Below, one piece after another: positions 9,807-20,346 of a stretch of DNA of 64,000 nucleotides (positions within the stretch are counted from its first letter, which is position 1; every line of letters starts with the position of its first letter). Source of the stretch: Candidatus Poribacteria bacterium. Its GTDB lineage: Bacteria > Poribacteria > WGA-4E > WGA-3G. The notes below the pieces were generated by a model. That model was not told where the DNA came from and searched no databases. It saw nothing but the letters and a program-made list of their open reading frames with translations. The position numbers and the translations under genes are program-made. Location: assembly GCA_965215265.1 (NCBI GenBank), contig OZ244048.1:2141743-2205742 (forward strand), read 5' to 3'.

Positions 9807-9840
9807 TACACAAAATAGGGCGAGCACTTGTGTCTCGCCC
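9807..9840 (-). terminator. rho-independent terminator of gltB (minus strand)
   Basis: gggcgag-N9-ctcgccc followed on the minus strand by UAUUUUGUGU, 15 nt past the gltB stop. Confidence 0.65.
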
Positions 9841-9854
9841 ATACGCTCTCCTGA

Positions 9855-12800
9855 TTACCGTTTCCGCCGTTTGCGCCGCGGATTTTTTCTCTCAAGCTGA
9901 GCCGGTGGAGGGCTCGGGGGTGGTGGTGCAACAACTTTTCGGAATTGCGGGAGAAAAACGTCCCAATTGGCGATAATCTCTTGGGCGCGGCAGCTACCCG
10001 TTAATTCGGCATGCTCCCGAATTAGTGTACTAAGCGTTTCAATATCCGCTTTTGACGTGATATTTTCTAGCTTAATCAATTCCAAGTTGCATTTTGTTTG
10101 GAATTCTCCACTTCCATCAAGTACGTACGCGGTTCCACCGGTCATGCCAGCCCCAAAGTTGCGTCCCGTTTCTCCAAGAATCACGACAATTCCTGCTGTC
10201 ATATACTCACAACCGTGGTCGCCGACACCTTCTACCACTGTCGTGGCCCCACTATTCCTGACACAGAATCGCTCACCCGCCCGTCCGGCGGCGTACAACT
10301 TCCCGCCTGTTGCCCCGTACAATACCGTATTCCCGATGATAGTATTTTCATGGCTCCGGAATTGCGCGGCTGCTGACGGTTTGATGACAATCTCCCCGCC
10401 TGCCATACCTTTTCCGACATAGTCATTCGCTTCACCGATAAGCGACAATTTCACCCCATGGATACAGAATGCGCCGAAACTCTGACCTGCACTGCCAACG
10501 AAACTGCACTGAATTGTCGCATTAGGCAGCCCCTCGTCTCCATAAAACTTCGCGATTGTCCCAGATAACTTCGCTCCGACTGTACGGTGTATGTTACGAA
10601 TTGCGTATGACAACTGAATCGGTTCTTTGTCTCTAATCGCCCTCTCTGCATCCATCAAAATTTGGTCATCAAGTGGCGTATCTTCCCGGTCATTCCGTGG
10701 CTGTAGGTGATACCGGGGCTGTTTCCCTGTCGGATCGGCAGGTGTCAGAATTTCGCTCAAATCAAGCATAGTGGCTTTCGGATACTCGGATAGATTCTTC
10801 CGTTCAAGCAATTCCGGTCTGCCGATAACCTCGTCCAGCGACCTGTACCCGAGATTCGCCAAAATTTCTCTCACTTCATTCGCGACACCGAGCATGAAGT
10901 TGACAACCATTTCCGGCGTGCCGGGGTACTTCGCACGAAGTCCCGGATCCTGCGTCGCGATACCTACCGGACATGTGTTTAGATGACACTGACGTGCCAT
11001 AATGCAGCCTGTGGCTACCATCGCTATTGTGCCAAAACCGTACTCTTCGGCACCCAACATCGCCGCCATGACGATATCCCTACCGGAACGCATCCCGCCA
11101 TCAACACGTAACACGACACGGTCACGCAGTTCGTTTGCAACCAGCGCACGTTGCGTTTCTGCCAGCCCGAGCTCCCACGGTGTACCCGCATTTTTGATCG
11201 AACTGAGCGGCGATGCACCGGTCCCCCCCTCATGCCCACTAATTTGAATCACATCGGCATACCCCTTCGCTACCCCAGACGCAATCGTTCCAATTAAGAA
11301 CTCAGAGACCAGCTTAACAGCAACTTTTGCATCTGGATTCGCCTGCTTCAAGTCATAGATGAGCTGCGCCAGGTCCTCTATTGAATAGATATCGTGGTGC
11401 GGCGGAGGGGAAATCAGGGGTACGCCGGGAACCGAATGGCGGATCGCAGCGATTTCCTCTGTGACTTTATGCCCCGGAATCTGCCCACCTTCCCCAGGTT
11501 TTGAGCCTTGTGCCATTTTGATTTCTAGCTCTTTTGCTGATGCGAGATACGTCGGTGTTACGCCAAAACGTCCCGAGGCGACCTGCTTCAAGGCACTAGA
11601 CGCAAGATCGCCGTTAGCCCTCACCTTATATCGCGCGCTATCTTCGCCACCCTCACCACTTCCGGATTTCGCACCGAGACGGTTCATCGCTATAGCCAAG
11701 GTTTCGTGCGTTTCACGGCTCAGTGCACCAAAAGACATACTACCTGTCGTAAAACGGCGAACGAGCTGCTCTGCAGGTTCTACCTCTTCAATTGGAACCG
11801 GGGCACCCGGCTTAAAGTCAAGCAGCTCCCGTAAACTAGAAGGCTCCCCATTTTCAACGGCAGCGACATATTTTTCATAATCTTCTGATTTGCCTGCTTT
11901 CACAAAGCGGTGGAGTGATTTAAACACTGTCGGATTATACGCATGGAATTCGCCATTCCTGCGGAAGCGGAAATGCCCGGCTTCTTCAAGGGAGTCAGTC
12001 CCATCATGGCCTGAAAACGCCTTCGTATGAAAATGGAGCGTTTCGGCAGCGATATGCTCAAAGCCTATACCGCTTAAGCGCGAGGCAGTCCCGGTAAAAC
12101 ACCTATCGATTACTTCCGGATGGATACCGATTGCCTCAAAAATTTGAGCACCGCGATAGCTTGACACAGTCGAGATACCCATCTTCGCCATAATTTTCAG
12201 AATCCCTTTTTCCACAGCTGCCTTATAATTGGCAACTGCTTCACCGGCTGTAAGTCCATCCAGTTCATCGTTTTCCGAGAGCTCCGCAATCGTAGAAAAA
12301 GCAAGATACGGATTAATAGCATCTGCCCCATAACCGAGCAGTACAGCAAAATGGTGTTCTTCCCGCGGGTCCCCGGCTTCAGCTATCAGACTCGCTTGCA
12401 TCCGTTTGCCTTCACGAATCAAGTGATGATGTACAGCACCCACGGCGAGTGCCATCGGAATCGGGGCAAGTGCTGCATCTACCGTTTTATCGCTCAGGAC
12501 GAGGAGTACCTTACCAGCTCCAATTTCAGTTGACGCACGTTGACAGAGTTGCTCTAACGCAGCTTCTAATCCTTGTATACCCGAGGCAACGGGGAAATGG
12601 ATAGGTAAGGTGGCGACTTGAAATTCAGGTAAATTCTGCGTTCGCAACGCGTTTAATTCTTCGTTTCCCAACACCGGAGAGGAGAGACGAATTAAACGCG
12701 CGTGCTCTGCTGTTTCAGTCAGCAGACTGCCACGTCGCCCCATATAAGTCGTTAGCGACATCACCAAACGTTCCCGCAGTGAATCAATCGCTGGATTCGT

Positions 12801-14387
12801 TACCTGAGCGAAACGTTGTTTAAAATAGCTATAGAGCATCCGTGGATGCCGGGAAATCGCCGCCGGCGGTGTATCATCACCCATAGAACCGACTGCCTCT
12901 TTCTTCAAAGCTATCATCGGTTTAATGAACCGTTCGACATCCTCTGTTGTGTAGCCAAACGCTTTCTGCGATAGTGCCAGCCGGGCAGGCACGTCTTCTG
13001 ATTGGATAGACGGGGCGGCTGCGTTTCGATCAAGCAATCTTTTCAGCGGAGTTATACCCTTCCGAACCCACTCCGTGTAGGGTTTTTGCTGCACGACGCT
13101 CGCTTTTATCTCTGAATCTGTCAACAATCTACCGTTAACGGTATCAACCGCAATCATCTGTCCAGGACCCAAACGTCCCTTCTTGACCACCTGTCTATCG
13201 TCTAATTCAATAATGCCTACCTCAGAACCCATCACTACAATATCATCGTCGGTTACCTTATACCGGGCTGGACGCAACCCATTTCTATCTAAACTAGCAC
13301 CGACAACAACCCCATCTGTAAAAGCAACAGCTGCCGGACCATCCCACGGTTCGCTGACACAAGATAGGTACTCATAACATCCCTTCAACGTCTCAGGCAT
13401 ATCCGGAATCTGCTCGTATGCTTCTGGAATCAGACACATCATGGAATGGAGAATACTTCTACCAGAGTGCCGCAGGAGTTCTAACACGTTATCCAGACTC
13501 ATAGAGTCACTTCCCTGTGGACTGATGACGGGTACCAATTTCCGTATCCGTTCTTTCCAGATAGGCGATTTCAGATCCGCTTCTCGTGCCCTCATCCAAT
13601 TGCGATTCCCCATCAACGTGTTAATCTCACCGTTATGCGCCAGCATTCGGAACGGCTGTGCAAGATTCCAAGTCGATGAAGTATTTGTACTATAACGTTG
13701 ATGGAAAACAGCTAATCCTGCCTCAAAGTCCGAGTTTTGTAAGTCCGGATAGAAGTGTGACAGCTGCGGGGCTACCAATAAGCCTTTGTAGACAATCGTT
13801 CGATGCGAAAAAGAGGCAACGTGAAATTCTTCTAATTCTGCTTCAGCGATGCGCTGCTCCAACTCTTTGCAGATAAGATAGAGCTCCTGTTCAAATACTT
13901 CAGCCGGGAGATGGTCAGGCCTTCCCATCAGCACCTGTTGAATATCGGGCAATGCTGCCAACGCTTTGTCGCCAATAGCATTAACGTTTATAGGGACTGA
14001 ACGCCATCCAAGGTGTGGGATACGGTGCTTCTGTAATATTTTTTCAATGAGTGCACGTCCGTGTACTTGTGCATTCCGATCCTGCCCCGGTAGGAAAATC
14101 ATCCCTACACCCAGATCCTTAATTGACTCAAGGTGTACACCCTGTTTTTCAATTTCTTTGCGAAATAGTTTATCCGGAATTTGGGTTAAGAGCCCGGCAC
14201 CATCCCCGGTCTTGGCATCCGCTGCTACCGCCCCACGGTGCGTTAAATTTGTCACCGCTTGTATGGCCATCTTAATAATCTCGTGGCTCCGAGCTCCTGA
14301 GCGGTTTGCAACAAACCCTACGCCGCAGGCATCTTTTTCCTTTAAATCATTATACATCTGTAAACTGATTCTCCATCCTTTCTTCAA
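9855..14387 (-). CDS. gltB: glutamate synthase large subunit (Ntn-amidotransferase, central, FMN and GXGXG domains)
   Basis: 1510 aa. N-terminal …DACGVGFVA… Cys nucleophile context, FMN-binding and C-terminal GXGXG regions. An alternative start lies 10 codons in. There is no gltD in the window. Confidence 0.9.
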   Translation of the reverse strand: MKKGWRISLQMYNDLKEKDACGVGFVANRSGARSHEIIKMAIQAVTNLTHRGAVAADAKTGDGAGLLTQIPDKLFRKEIEKQGVHLESIKDLGVGMIFLPGQDRNAQVHGRALIEKILQKHRIPHLGWRSVPINVNAIGDKALAALPDIQQVLMGRPDHLPAEVFEQELYLICKELEQRIAEAELEEFHVASFSHRTIVYKGLLVAPQLSHFYPDLQNSDFEAGLAVFHQRYSTNTSSTWNLAQPFRMLAHNGEINTLMGNRNWMRAREADLKSPIWKERIRKLVPVISPQGSDSMSLDNVLELLRHSGRSILHSMMCLIPEAYEQIPDMPETLKGCYEYLSCVSEPWDGPAAVAFTDGVVVGASLDRNGLRPARYKVTDDDIVVMGSEVGIIELDDRQVVKKGRLGPGQMIAVDTVNGRLLTDSEIKASVVQQKPYTEWVRKGITPLKRLLDRNAAAPSIQSEDVPARLALSQKAFGYTTEDVERFIKPMIALKKEAVGSMGDDTPPAAISRHPRMLYSYFKQRFAQVTNPAIDSLRERLVMSLTTYMGRRGSLLTETAEHARLIRLSSPVLGNEELNALRTQNLPEFQVATLPIHFPVASGIQGLEAALEQLCQRASTEIGAGKVLLVLSDKTVDAALAPIPMALAVGAVHHHLIREGKRMQASLIAEAGDPREEHHFAVLLGYGADAINPYLAFSTIAELSENDELDGLTAGEAVANYKAAVEKGILKIMAKMGISTVSSYRGAQIFEAIGIHPEVIDRCFTGTASRLSGIGFEHIAAETLHFHTKAFSGHDGTDSLEEAGHFRFRRNGEFHAYNPTVFKSLHRFVKAGKSEDYEKYVAAVENGEPSSLRELLDFKPGAPVPIEEVEPAEQLVRRFTTGSMSFGALSRETHETLAIAMNRLGAKSGSGEGGEDSARYKVRANGDLASSALKQVASGRFGVTPTYLASAKELEIKMAQGSKPGEGGQIPGHKVTEEIAAIRHSVPGVPLISPPPHHDIYSIEDLAQLIYDLKQANPDAKVAVKLVSEFLIGTIASGVAKGYADVIQISGHEGGTGASPLSSIKNAGTPWELGLAETQRALVANELRDRVVLRVDGGMRSGRDIVMAAMLGAEEYGFGTIAMVATGCIMARQCHLNTCPVGIATQDPGLRAKYPGTPEMVVNFMLGVANEVREILANLGYRSLDEVIGRPELLERKNLSEYPKATMLDLSEILTPADPTGKQPRYHLQPRNDREDTPLDDQILMDAERAIRDKEPIQLSYAIRNIHRTVGAKLSGTIAKFYGDEGLPNATIQCSFVGSAGQSFGAFCIHGVKLSLIGEANDYVGKGMAGGEIVIKPSAAAQFRSHENTIIGNTVLYGATGGKLYAAGRAGERFCVRNSGATTVVEGVGDHGCEYMTAGIVVILGETGRNFGAGMTGGTAYVLDGSGEFQTKCNLELIKLENITSKADIETLSTLIREHAELTGSCRAQEIIANWDVFLPQFRKVVAPPPPSPPPAQLERKNPRRKRRKR

Positions 14388-14658
14388 ATTTCTTTTTTTG
14401 TCTATTAAAGCGGTAAGGCGAGTTTTACGTGAAGTCTCCTGTGCCTATCTCACCAGAGCAGTTAAATCAAGGGGCGAATGTGCAGATCGCATCCCGCCGG
14501 CTTTTTGCTTAGTACGCCGTATGCTTATATCTTCATTCTCATCGCTTGGCAGGCTTGCATGTTGGGGGACCGTTTTACGCGTGTGAATAGAGGCAAAATT
14601 ATACTTTTTAAATATTATACCTTAATTTACACCAAAAGTCAAGAACATTTCAATGCTT

Positions 14659-16269
14659 CTAATACCCGATCGCACAGCCATCTCGCCTCGGGTCAGAACC
14701 AGCGATAAGGGTGCCAAATTCCGGATGAACAAAAATCGCTTGTCCCCCGCCAAAGAATGTATTGCCAGGCACGATGTGATGTCCTTTCCGTGCCAACGTC
14801 GCCTGTGCGTTCATCGGAATTCCATTTTCAAGCATAATCCCTGAACCATCAAGCACCCGAAAACGCGGTGCATCCAACGCAGATTGAACATCCATATTAA
14901 AATCAACCAGATTGCATACAAACTGTAAATGCCCTTGCGGCTGCATCTGCCCACCCATCACCCCGAACGTCACTAAAGGCACTCCCTTGTGGGCAATCAT
15001 GCCCGGGATAATCGTATGTAGTGCCCGCTTATGTGGCGCGATGCAATTCGCATGACTCGGATTGAGTGAGAAACCTGCACCCCGGTTTTGCAACATGATA
15101 CCAGTCTCACCCGCAACCAATCCTGAACCGAATCCTGCGAAGAGACTATTAATGAATGAGACAACGTTACGTTCTCTATCAACAACCGAAACGTAGACCG
15201 TATCACTCCCAAGTGAAGGCGTACCAGCACTCGGTTCAACATTCGCCCGCTCAGCAGAGACGCGCCCCCTCTGACTTTGGGTGTACTCGTCACTGAGAAG
15301 TCCTGCAACTGGCACATCAACAAACTTTGGATCCGTCACATATTGATAAAGATCGGCAAAACCTAATTTCATCGCTTCAATTGCGTAGTGTAGATATTCA
15401 GGGCTATTATGCCCCATGGCACGTAGATCTAACCCTTCAACGATATTAAGTGCTAGGAGGGCGGCGATGCCTTGTCCATTCGGCGGTATCTCGTAAATGT
15501 CGTAACCTCGATAGTTTGTCGAAATCGGTTCCACCCAATCCGAGCGATGGTCTTTGAAGTCCTGTATTGTAAACAGCCCCCCGTTTTCATCGGAAAACTT
15601 GACGATGTTTTCCGCAATTTCGCCCCGGTAAAATGCGTCTGTGCCGCCCTCGGCTATGAGTCGAAACGTGCGTGCAAGGTTCGGTTGTCGAAAAATTTCG
15701 CCTGGCACAGGGGCTCTGCCATTATTGAGGTAGGTTCGTGCGCTGTCCGGATGTCGCGCTAACATCTCCGTGCTGCCCTGCCAAGCAAGTGAGATCTGCG
15801 GACTGACCGGAAACCCGTTTTCTGCATAGTCAATCGCCGGCTGAAGCACCTCTGCTAAGGACATCGTTCCATGTGCCTCAAGAAGCGTTGCCCATCCATC
15901 AACCGTACCCGGCACCGTCACTGGATAAAGACTCCCTGATGCAGGAATATGGGTTAGTCCTTGTTTGGTAAAGAACTCCGGTTCTGCAGCGTACGGAGCT
16001 CTGCCGCTTCCGTTTAAACCACGGATGCTCCCTTCTTTCGGCTGATAGACCAGCATAAAGGCATCTCCGCCAATACCCGTGGACATCGGTTCAACAATGT
16101 TAAGGACCGCACCTGTTGCAACTGCTGCATCAATTGCATTCCCGCCATCACGCAAGATCTGTAAACCGCTTTGTGCAGCGAGAGGCTGGCTCGTCGCAAC
16201 CGCACCGTGTTGGCATATAACCGCTGAACGCCCCGGCCCGAATCGGTTCGGGCGATATTCATCAAACAC
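14659..16269 (-). CDS. ggt: gamma-glutamyltranspeptidase (no signal peptide; start probably the GTG after GAGGAG)
   Basis: VATSQPLAAQSGLQILRDGGNAIDAAVA N-terminal motif, a DTVYVSVVD autoprocessing region and a GGQMQPQGH C-terminal motif. Confidence 0.8.
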   Translation of the reverse strand: MFDEYRPNRFGPGRSAVICQHGAVATSQPLAAQSGLQILRDGGNAIDAAVATGAVLNIVEPMSTGIGGDAFMLVYQPKEGSIRGLNGSGRAPYAAEPEFFTKQGLTHIPASGSLYPVTVPGTVDGWATLLEAHGTMSLAEVLQPAIDYAENGFPVSPQISLAWQGSTEMLARHPDSARTYLNNGRAPVPGEIFRQPNLARTFRLIAEGGTDAFYRGEIAENIVKFSDENGGLFTIQDFKDHRSDWVEPISTNYRGYDIYEIPPNGQGIAALLALNIVEGLDLRAMGHNSPEYLHYAIEAMKLGFADLYQYVTDPKFVDVPVAGLLSDEYTQSQRGRVSAERANVEPSAGTPSLGSDTVYVSVVDRERNVVSFINSLFAGFGSGLVAGETGIMLQNRGAGFSLNPSHANCIAPHKRALHTIIPGMIAHKGVPLVTFGVMGGQMQPQGHLQFVCNLVDFNMDVQSALDAPRFRVLDGSGIMLENGIPMNAQATLARKGHHIVPGNTFFGGGQAIFVHPEFGTLIAGSDPRRDGCAIGY

Positions 16270-16482
16270 CCTAACACTCCTCAGTTTAAATAATTTAAAA
16301 CAGTATAGCACTCCCGCTCTTTTTTGTCAAATATGCGTTTATTATCCCTATATTGCCCCGTTAATTGCAGAGGAAATCCATCGCATTGATTTCCAAGCTG
16401 TCTGCGCCGTCTGTAGACTTGCAATATGAGATGTTTTAGTATATAATGCATGATATGGAATTTCATCGAGACAGGAGCATTT

Positions 16483-17865
16483 ATGTCCACGTACGACGTT
16501 GGAATTATCGGAGGGGGTCCCGGCGGTTACGTCGCTGCGATTAAAGCGGCGCAGATGGGGGGCACAGTCTGCCTTATAGAAAAAGGAGCATGGGGTGGCA
16601 CGTGTCTCAATCGGGGATGTATCCCGACTAAAACTCTCTTTTCGGTGGCTTCACTCGCCACCCATGTTCAGGAGGCCGCCGCTTTCGGGCTACAGATTAA
16701 GGAATCAGCAATTGATTACGCACAGGTACTCGCACACAAAGACGCTGTCGTCCAGCGGTTGACAGGAGGCATCGCGCAACTGCTGAAGGGCAATGAGGTT
16801 AATACTCTTAACGGCACCGCAACACTCACCGACAAAAACACGATTGCTGTTAATAAACCAGACGGCACCACCGAAGAGGTGCATGCCAAAAATGTCATTA
16901 TCGCTACAGGCTCCGACCCGGCTGAGCCGCCTGTTTTTGAAATTGATGAAACTCACGTCTTGACGACAACAGGCATTCTAAATCTTACTGCACTCCCTGA
17001 AAGCCTGATTATTGTTGGCGCTGGCGTTTCCGGGTGCGAATTTGCCTCTATCTTTAACGCCCTCGGTTGCCGCGTCACTGTACTAGAACTCCTACCTACC
17101 ATTCTGTCGACGGAAGATGTTCACGTTATTCGCCACATTCAACTTTTCATGAAACGAAAAGGAATTAATATCCACACGCAGGCGAAACTTGACCACGTTA
17201 AAAAAACAGAAACACGCGTTACCGCAGTACTTGAATCTGGAGAGGAATTAACCGCAGAAAAAATTCTTATCTCGATCGGACGGCATTTTAATACAACCGG
17301 TATCGGCTTAGAAAACGTTGGAATTCGGACAGATAACGGGAAAATTCGGGTGAATGCACAGATGCAGACAACTCTTCCGGGTATCTACGCCGTTGGGGAT
17401 GTCGCCAGTCGATACTTGTTAGCACACGTAGCATCGGCCGAGGGAAAGGTAGCAGCGCAAAACAGTTTGGGGAAAACCGCTACAATGGACTATCAGGTGA
17501 TTCCATGGTGTGTTTTCACACTGCCCGAAATTGGACGGGTCGGCATGACAGAAAAAGAGGCAACTGATGAAGGCTATAAGGTGCAAGTCGGGAGATTTCC
17601 GTATACAGCAAACGGAATGGCGTTGGGGATGCGAGAGACTGATGGCTTTGTGAAAACCGTCGCCGATACTGATAGCGGAGATATTCTCGGTGTCCATATC
17701 GTCGGTGCACATGCCTCAATCCTTATCCATGAGGCAGCAGTAGCGATTCGTTCAGGCGCAACTGTGACAGACCTCGCAGATACTGTGCATGCCCACCCAA
17801 CCCTCGCAGAATTGGTGATGGAATCGGCTGAGGCAGCCTACGGAAAAGCCATCCACAGCCTTTAA
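16483..17865 (+). CDS. lpdA: dihydrolipoyl dehydrogenase (pyridine nucleotide-disulfide oxidoreductase class I)
   Basis: RBS AGGAG. GIIGGGPGGYVAA FAD motif, the redox disulfide GGTCLNRGCIPTK and a C-terminal HAHPTL interface motif. Confidence 0.85.
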   Translation: MSTYDVGIIGGGPGGYVAAIKAAQMGGTVCLIEKGAWGGTCLNRGCIPTKTLFSVASLATHVQEAAAFGLQIKESAIDYAQVLAHKDAVVQRLTGGIAQLLKGNEVNTLNGTATLTDKNTIAVNKPDGTTEEVHAKNVIIATGSDPAEPPVFEIDETHVLTTTGILNLTALPESLIIVGAGVSGCEFASIFNALGCRVTVLELLPTILSTEDVHVIRHIQLFMKRKGINIHTQAKLDHVKKTETRVTAVLESGEELTAEKILISIGRHFNTTGIGLENVGIRTDNGKIRVNAQMQTTLPGIYAVGDVASRYLLAHVASAEGKVAAQNSLGKTATMDYQVIPWCVFTLPEIGRVGMTEKEATDEGYKVQVGRFPYTANGMALGMRETDGFVKTVADTDSGDILGVHIVGAHASILIHEAAVAIRSGATVTDLADTVHAHPTLAELVMESAEAAYGKAIHSL

Positions 17866-18767
17866 AACCGGACCAATTCTTGCAGCTCTTCATACCGTGT
17901 CGATATTTCAGTAAACCGTACACGAGTTTGCCGGTTGATGCTGAAATCTTCTATGTTAAAAGAGGCAACAACGGTACCGTAAATCATCGCACGACGGATT
18001 GACTCTTCCGACGTATCGTCAGTCGCTGCGAGGTAACCTACAAACGCCCCCGCAAAACTATCACCCGCCCCAGTCGGATCGACTACGTCCGTGATTGGAT
18101 AAGCCGGTGCACTAAAAAACGATGAATCCGTGACGCTAATCGCCCCGTGCTCGCCTTTCTTAACAATAACCTGCTTCGGACCATAACCTAAAATCGTGCG
18201 TGCTGCACGCACTACATTGGAATCTCCCGTCAAGAGACGCGCCTCACTATCGTTCAAAATTAGAATATCCACACGCGCTAACGTTGCCTCTAACGCCTCC
18301 CTCGCAGTGTTAATCCAAATATCCATCGTATCACAGACAACCAGTTTCGGCTGCGTTGCCTGTTCAATGATACGCAATTGCATTTCCGGTGGATTATTAG
18401 CGAGGAAGAGATAAGGAGTTTCCTTGTAAGTCTCAGGCAAAACCGGTTCAACGTCAGTCGCCACGTTTAATTCAGTAAACAACGTCTCCCGCACGTTAAA
18501 GTCTTCAGCATAACGGCCACCCCAACGAAAGGTTTTCCCACTTTCAACCTGCTGGACACCTGCAAGGTCGATACCGCACCCCTGGAGCAATTCCGAATAT
18601 GCAGACGGGAAATCGCCACCGACGGCTCCAACGAGGCGAACCGGATTATGAAAAAAACTGGCTGCAACAGCAGCATACGTGCCGGAACCACCGAGTACAT
18701 CGGCAACGCGTTGATCTGGAGTTTCTATTGTATCTAAGGTAGCGGACCCGTAAACTAAAACACCCAT
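17862..18767 (-). CDS. PfkB-family carbohydrate/nucleoside kinase, probably adenosine kinase given the ahcY/metK neighbours
   Basis: DPTGAGDSFAGAF PfkB signature. Its stop overlaps the lpdA stop by 4 nt (convergent). Confidence 0.65.
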   Translation of the reverse strand: MGVLVYGSATLDTIETPDQRVADVLGGSGTYAAVAASFFHNPVRLVGAVGGDFPSAYSELLQGCGIDLAGVQQVESGKTFRWGGRYAEDFNVRETLFTELNVATDVEPVLPETYKETPYLFLANNPPEMQLRIIEQATQPKLVVCDTMDIWINTAREALEATLARVDILILNDSEARLLTGDSNVVRAARTILGYGPKQVIVKKGEHGAISVTDSSFFSAPAYPITDVVDPTGAGDSFAGAFVGYLAATDDTSEESIRRAMIYGTVVASFNIEDFSINRQTRVRFTEISTRYEELQELVRF

Positions 18768-18817
18768 TTAATCAACCTATTGTTTCTCTTTCCTACCAAG
18801 CGTTCAGCTGGGGCACC

Positions 18818-19048
18818 TTAGAACGGGCCCGGTCTGTTCTTGTTATCGCGAATTGCATGGATGATCCGGCGGACACGACGCACACAGATCACGCCAAGCA
18901 CAACAACAACGGGGATCTGCAGGAATTTGAAAACCCTTAACAGCCCCCCCGGAAATACTATCTGCTGAGAATGCGACAACCAGATCGGGAGCAATAGCAC
19001 CGCCGATAAAAGGATAATCACACCTTCCCAGATTTCTATCTTTTTCAT
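18818..19048 (-). CDS. small two-TM membrane protein of unknown function
   Basis: 76 aa from MKKIEIW… with RBS GAGAGG. Two hydrophobic helices. It lies between the PfkB kinase and ahcY on the same strand. Confidence 0.35.
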   Translation of the reverse strand: MKKIEIWEGVIILLSAVLLLPIWLSHSQQIVFPGGLLRVFKFLQIPVVVVLGVICVRRVRRIIHAIRDNKNRPGPF

Positions 19049-19062
19049 AGGAGCCCTCTCAA

Positions 19063-20346
19063 TTAGGTACCCATCTCCCAAGAATTCAGGTATCTCTCTT
19101 GTTCATCGGTTAGGGCATCAATATCAACGCCAAACGCTTCCAATTTCAACCGTGCCACGGTTTCATCGATCGCGGCGGGTACATCATAAACTCGATTTTC
19201 AAGTTTATCTGGGTTCTTCATGATATATTCCGTCACTAATGCTTGATTCGCAAAACTCATGTCCATCACGCTTGCTGGATGCCCTTCGGCGGCAGCTAAG
19301 TTGACAAGTCGTCCTTCGCCGACAAGGAACAGTTTCTTTCCATCCGCTAATGTGTAGGCCTCAACAAATTCGCGTGCGTCGGATTTTGCGACACTGAGTT
19401 CTTCAAGTGCCGGAATGTCAATTTCGACGTTAAAATGTCCAGAATTCGCGATAATGGTGCCGTCCTTCATGGCCTCAAAATGTTCCTTCCGCAGGACATG
19501 AATATCCCCGGTTAGCGTAATCACCACGTCTGCTTCTTGAACGGCAGCTTTCATGGGCATGACACGGAATCCGTCCATAACCGCTTCTAACGCTTTTAAG
19601 GCAGTAACCTCTGTCACAATGACGTTCGCCCCTAAGCCTCGTGCCCGACTTGCTACGCCTCTACCGCACCAGCCGTACCCTGCAATGACAACCGTTGTTC
19701 CAGCAATAAGGAGATTGGTTGCCCTGATAATCCCATCTAAAGTGCTTTGCCCGGTCCCGTACCGGTTATCAAAGAAATGTTTGGTTTGCGCATCGTTTAC
19801 AGCGATAATCGGGTACTTCAGTACGCCTTCTGCTGCCATGCTTTTGAGCCGAATCACCCCGGTCGTTGTCTCTTCGGTGCCAGCAATGACCTGCTCGGCG
19901 AGCGCTGGGTTTGTATTTTCAGCATGGAGCCTTGATACCAGATCTGCGCCATCATCCATGGTAATCATGGGTTGTAAATCCAGCGTCGCATCAATGTGTT
20001 GGTAATAGGTATCGGTATCTTCTCCATTAATCGCAAAAACGCCGATTTGCTCATCGGCAACGAGGGATGCAGCTACATCGTCCTGTGTACTAAGTGGATT
20101 TGACGCACACACAACTGCCTCAGCACCGCCTGCCTTCAACGTCTTCAGGAGATTCGCCGTTTCAGTTGTGACATGGAGACAAGCTGCAATCCGCAATCCA
20201 TCCAATGGACGTTCTTTTGCAAACCGGGCGCGGATCGTTTCTAAAACCGGCATAAACCTGTTAGCCCAATCAATACGTTGTTTTCCGGTTGATGCCAAGT
20301 CCGTCGTTTTAATATCGTAGTTCATCAATTCTCCGTTCCAATGCAA
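19063..20346 (-). CDS. ahcY: adenosylhomocysteinase
   Basis: 427 aa. NAD-binding GYGWCGRG motif and conserved AhcY blocks. Confidence 0.9.
   Translation of the reverse strand: MHWNGELMNYDIKTTDLASTGKQRIDWANRFMPVLETIRARFAKERPLDGLRIAACLHVTTETANLLKTLKAGGAEAVVCASNPLSTQDDVAASLVADEQIGVFAINGEDTDTYYQHIDATLDLQPMITMDDGADLVSRLHAENTNPALAEQVIAGTEETTTGVIRLKSMAAEGVLKYPIIAVNDAQTKHFFDNRYGTGQSTLDGIIRATNLLIAGTTVVIAGYGWCGRGVASRARGLGANVIVTEVTALKALEAVMDGFRVMPMKAAVQEADVVITLTGDIHVLRKEHFEAMKDGTIIANSGHFNVEIDIPALEELSVAKSDAREFVEAYTLADGKKLFLVGEGRLVNLAAAEGHPASVMDMSFANQALVTEYIMKNPDKLENRVYDVPAAIDETVARLKLEAFGVDIDALTDEQERYLNSWEMGT

Noticed and set aside
10098-10435. Numerous 60-150-aa ORFs antisense to or overlapping large genes (e.g. 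within gltB, rpsA, the LptD-like gene, mfd)
   Set aside because: They are embedded in well-supported longer CDSs on the other strand or frame, with low-complexity or biased composition. Treated as spurious.
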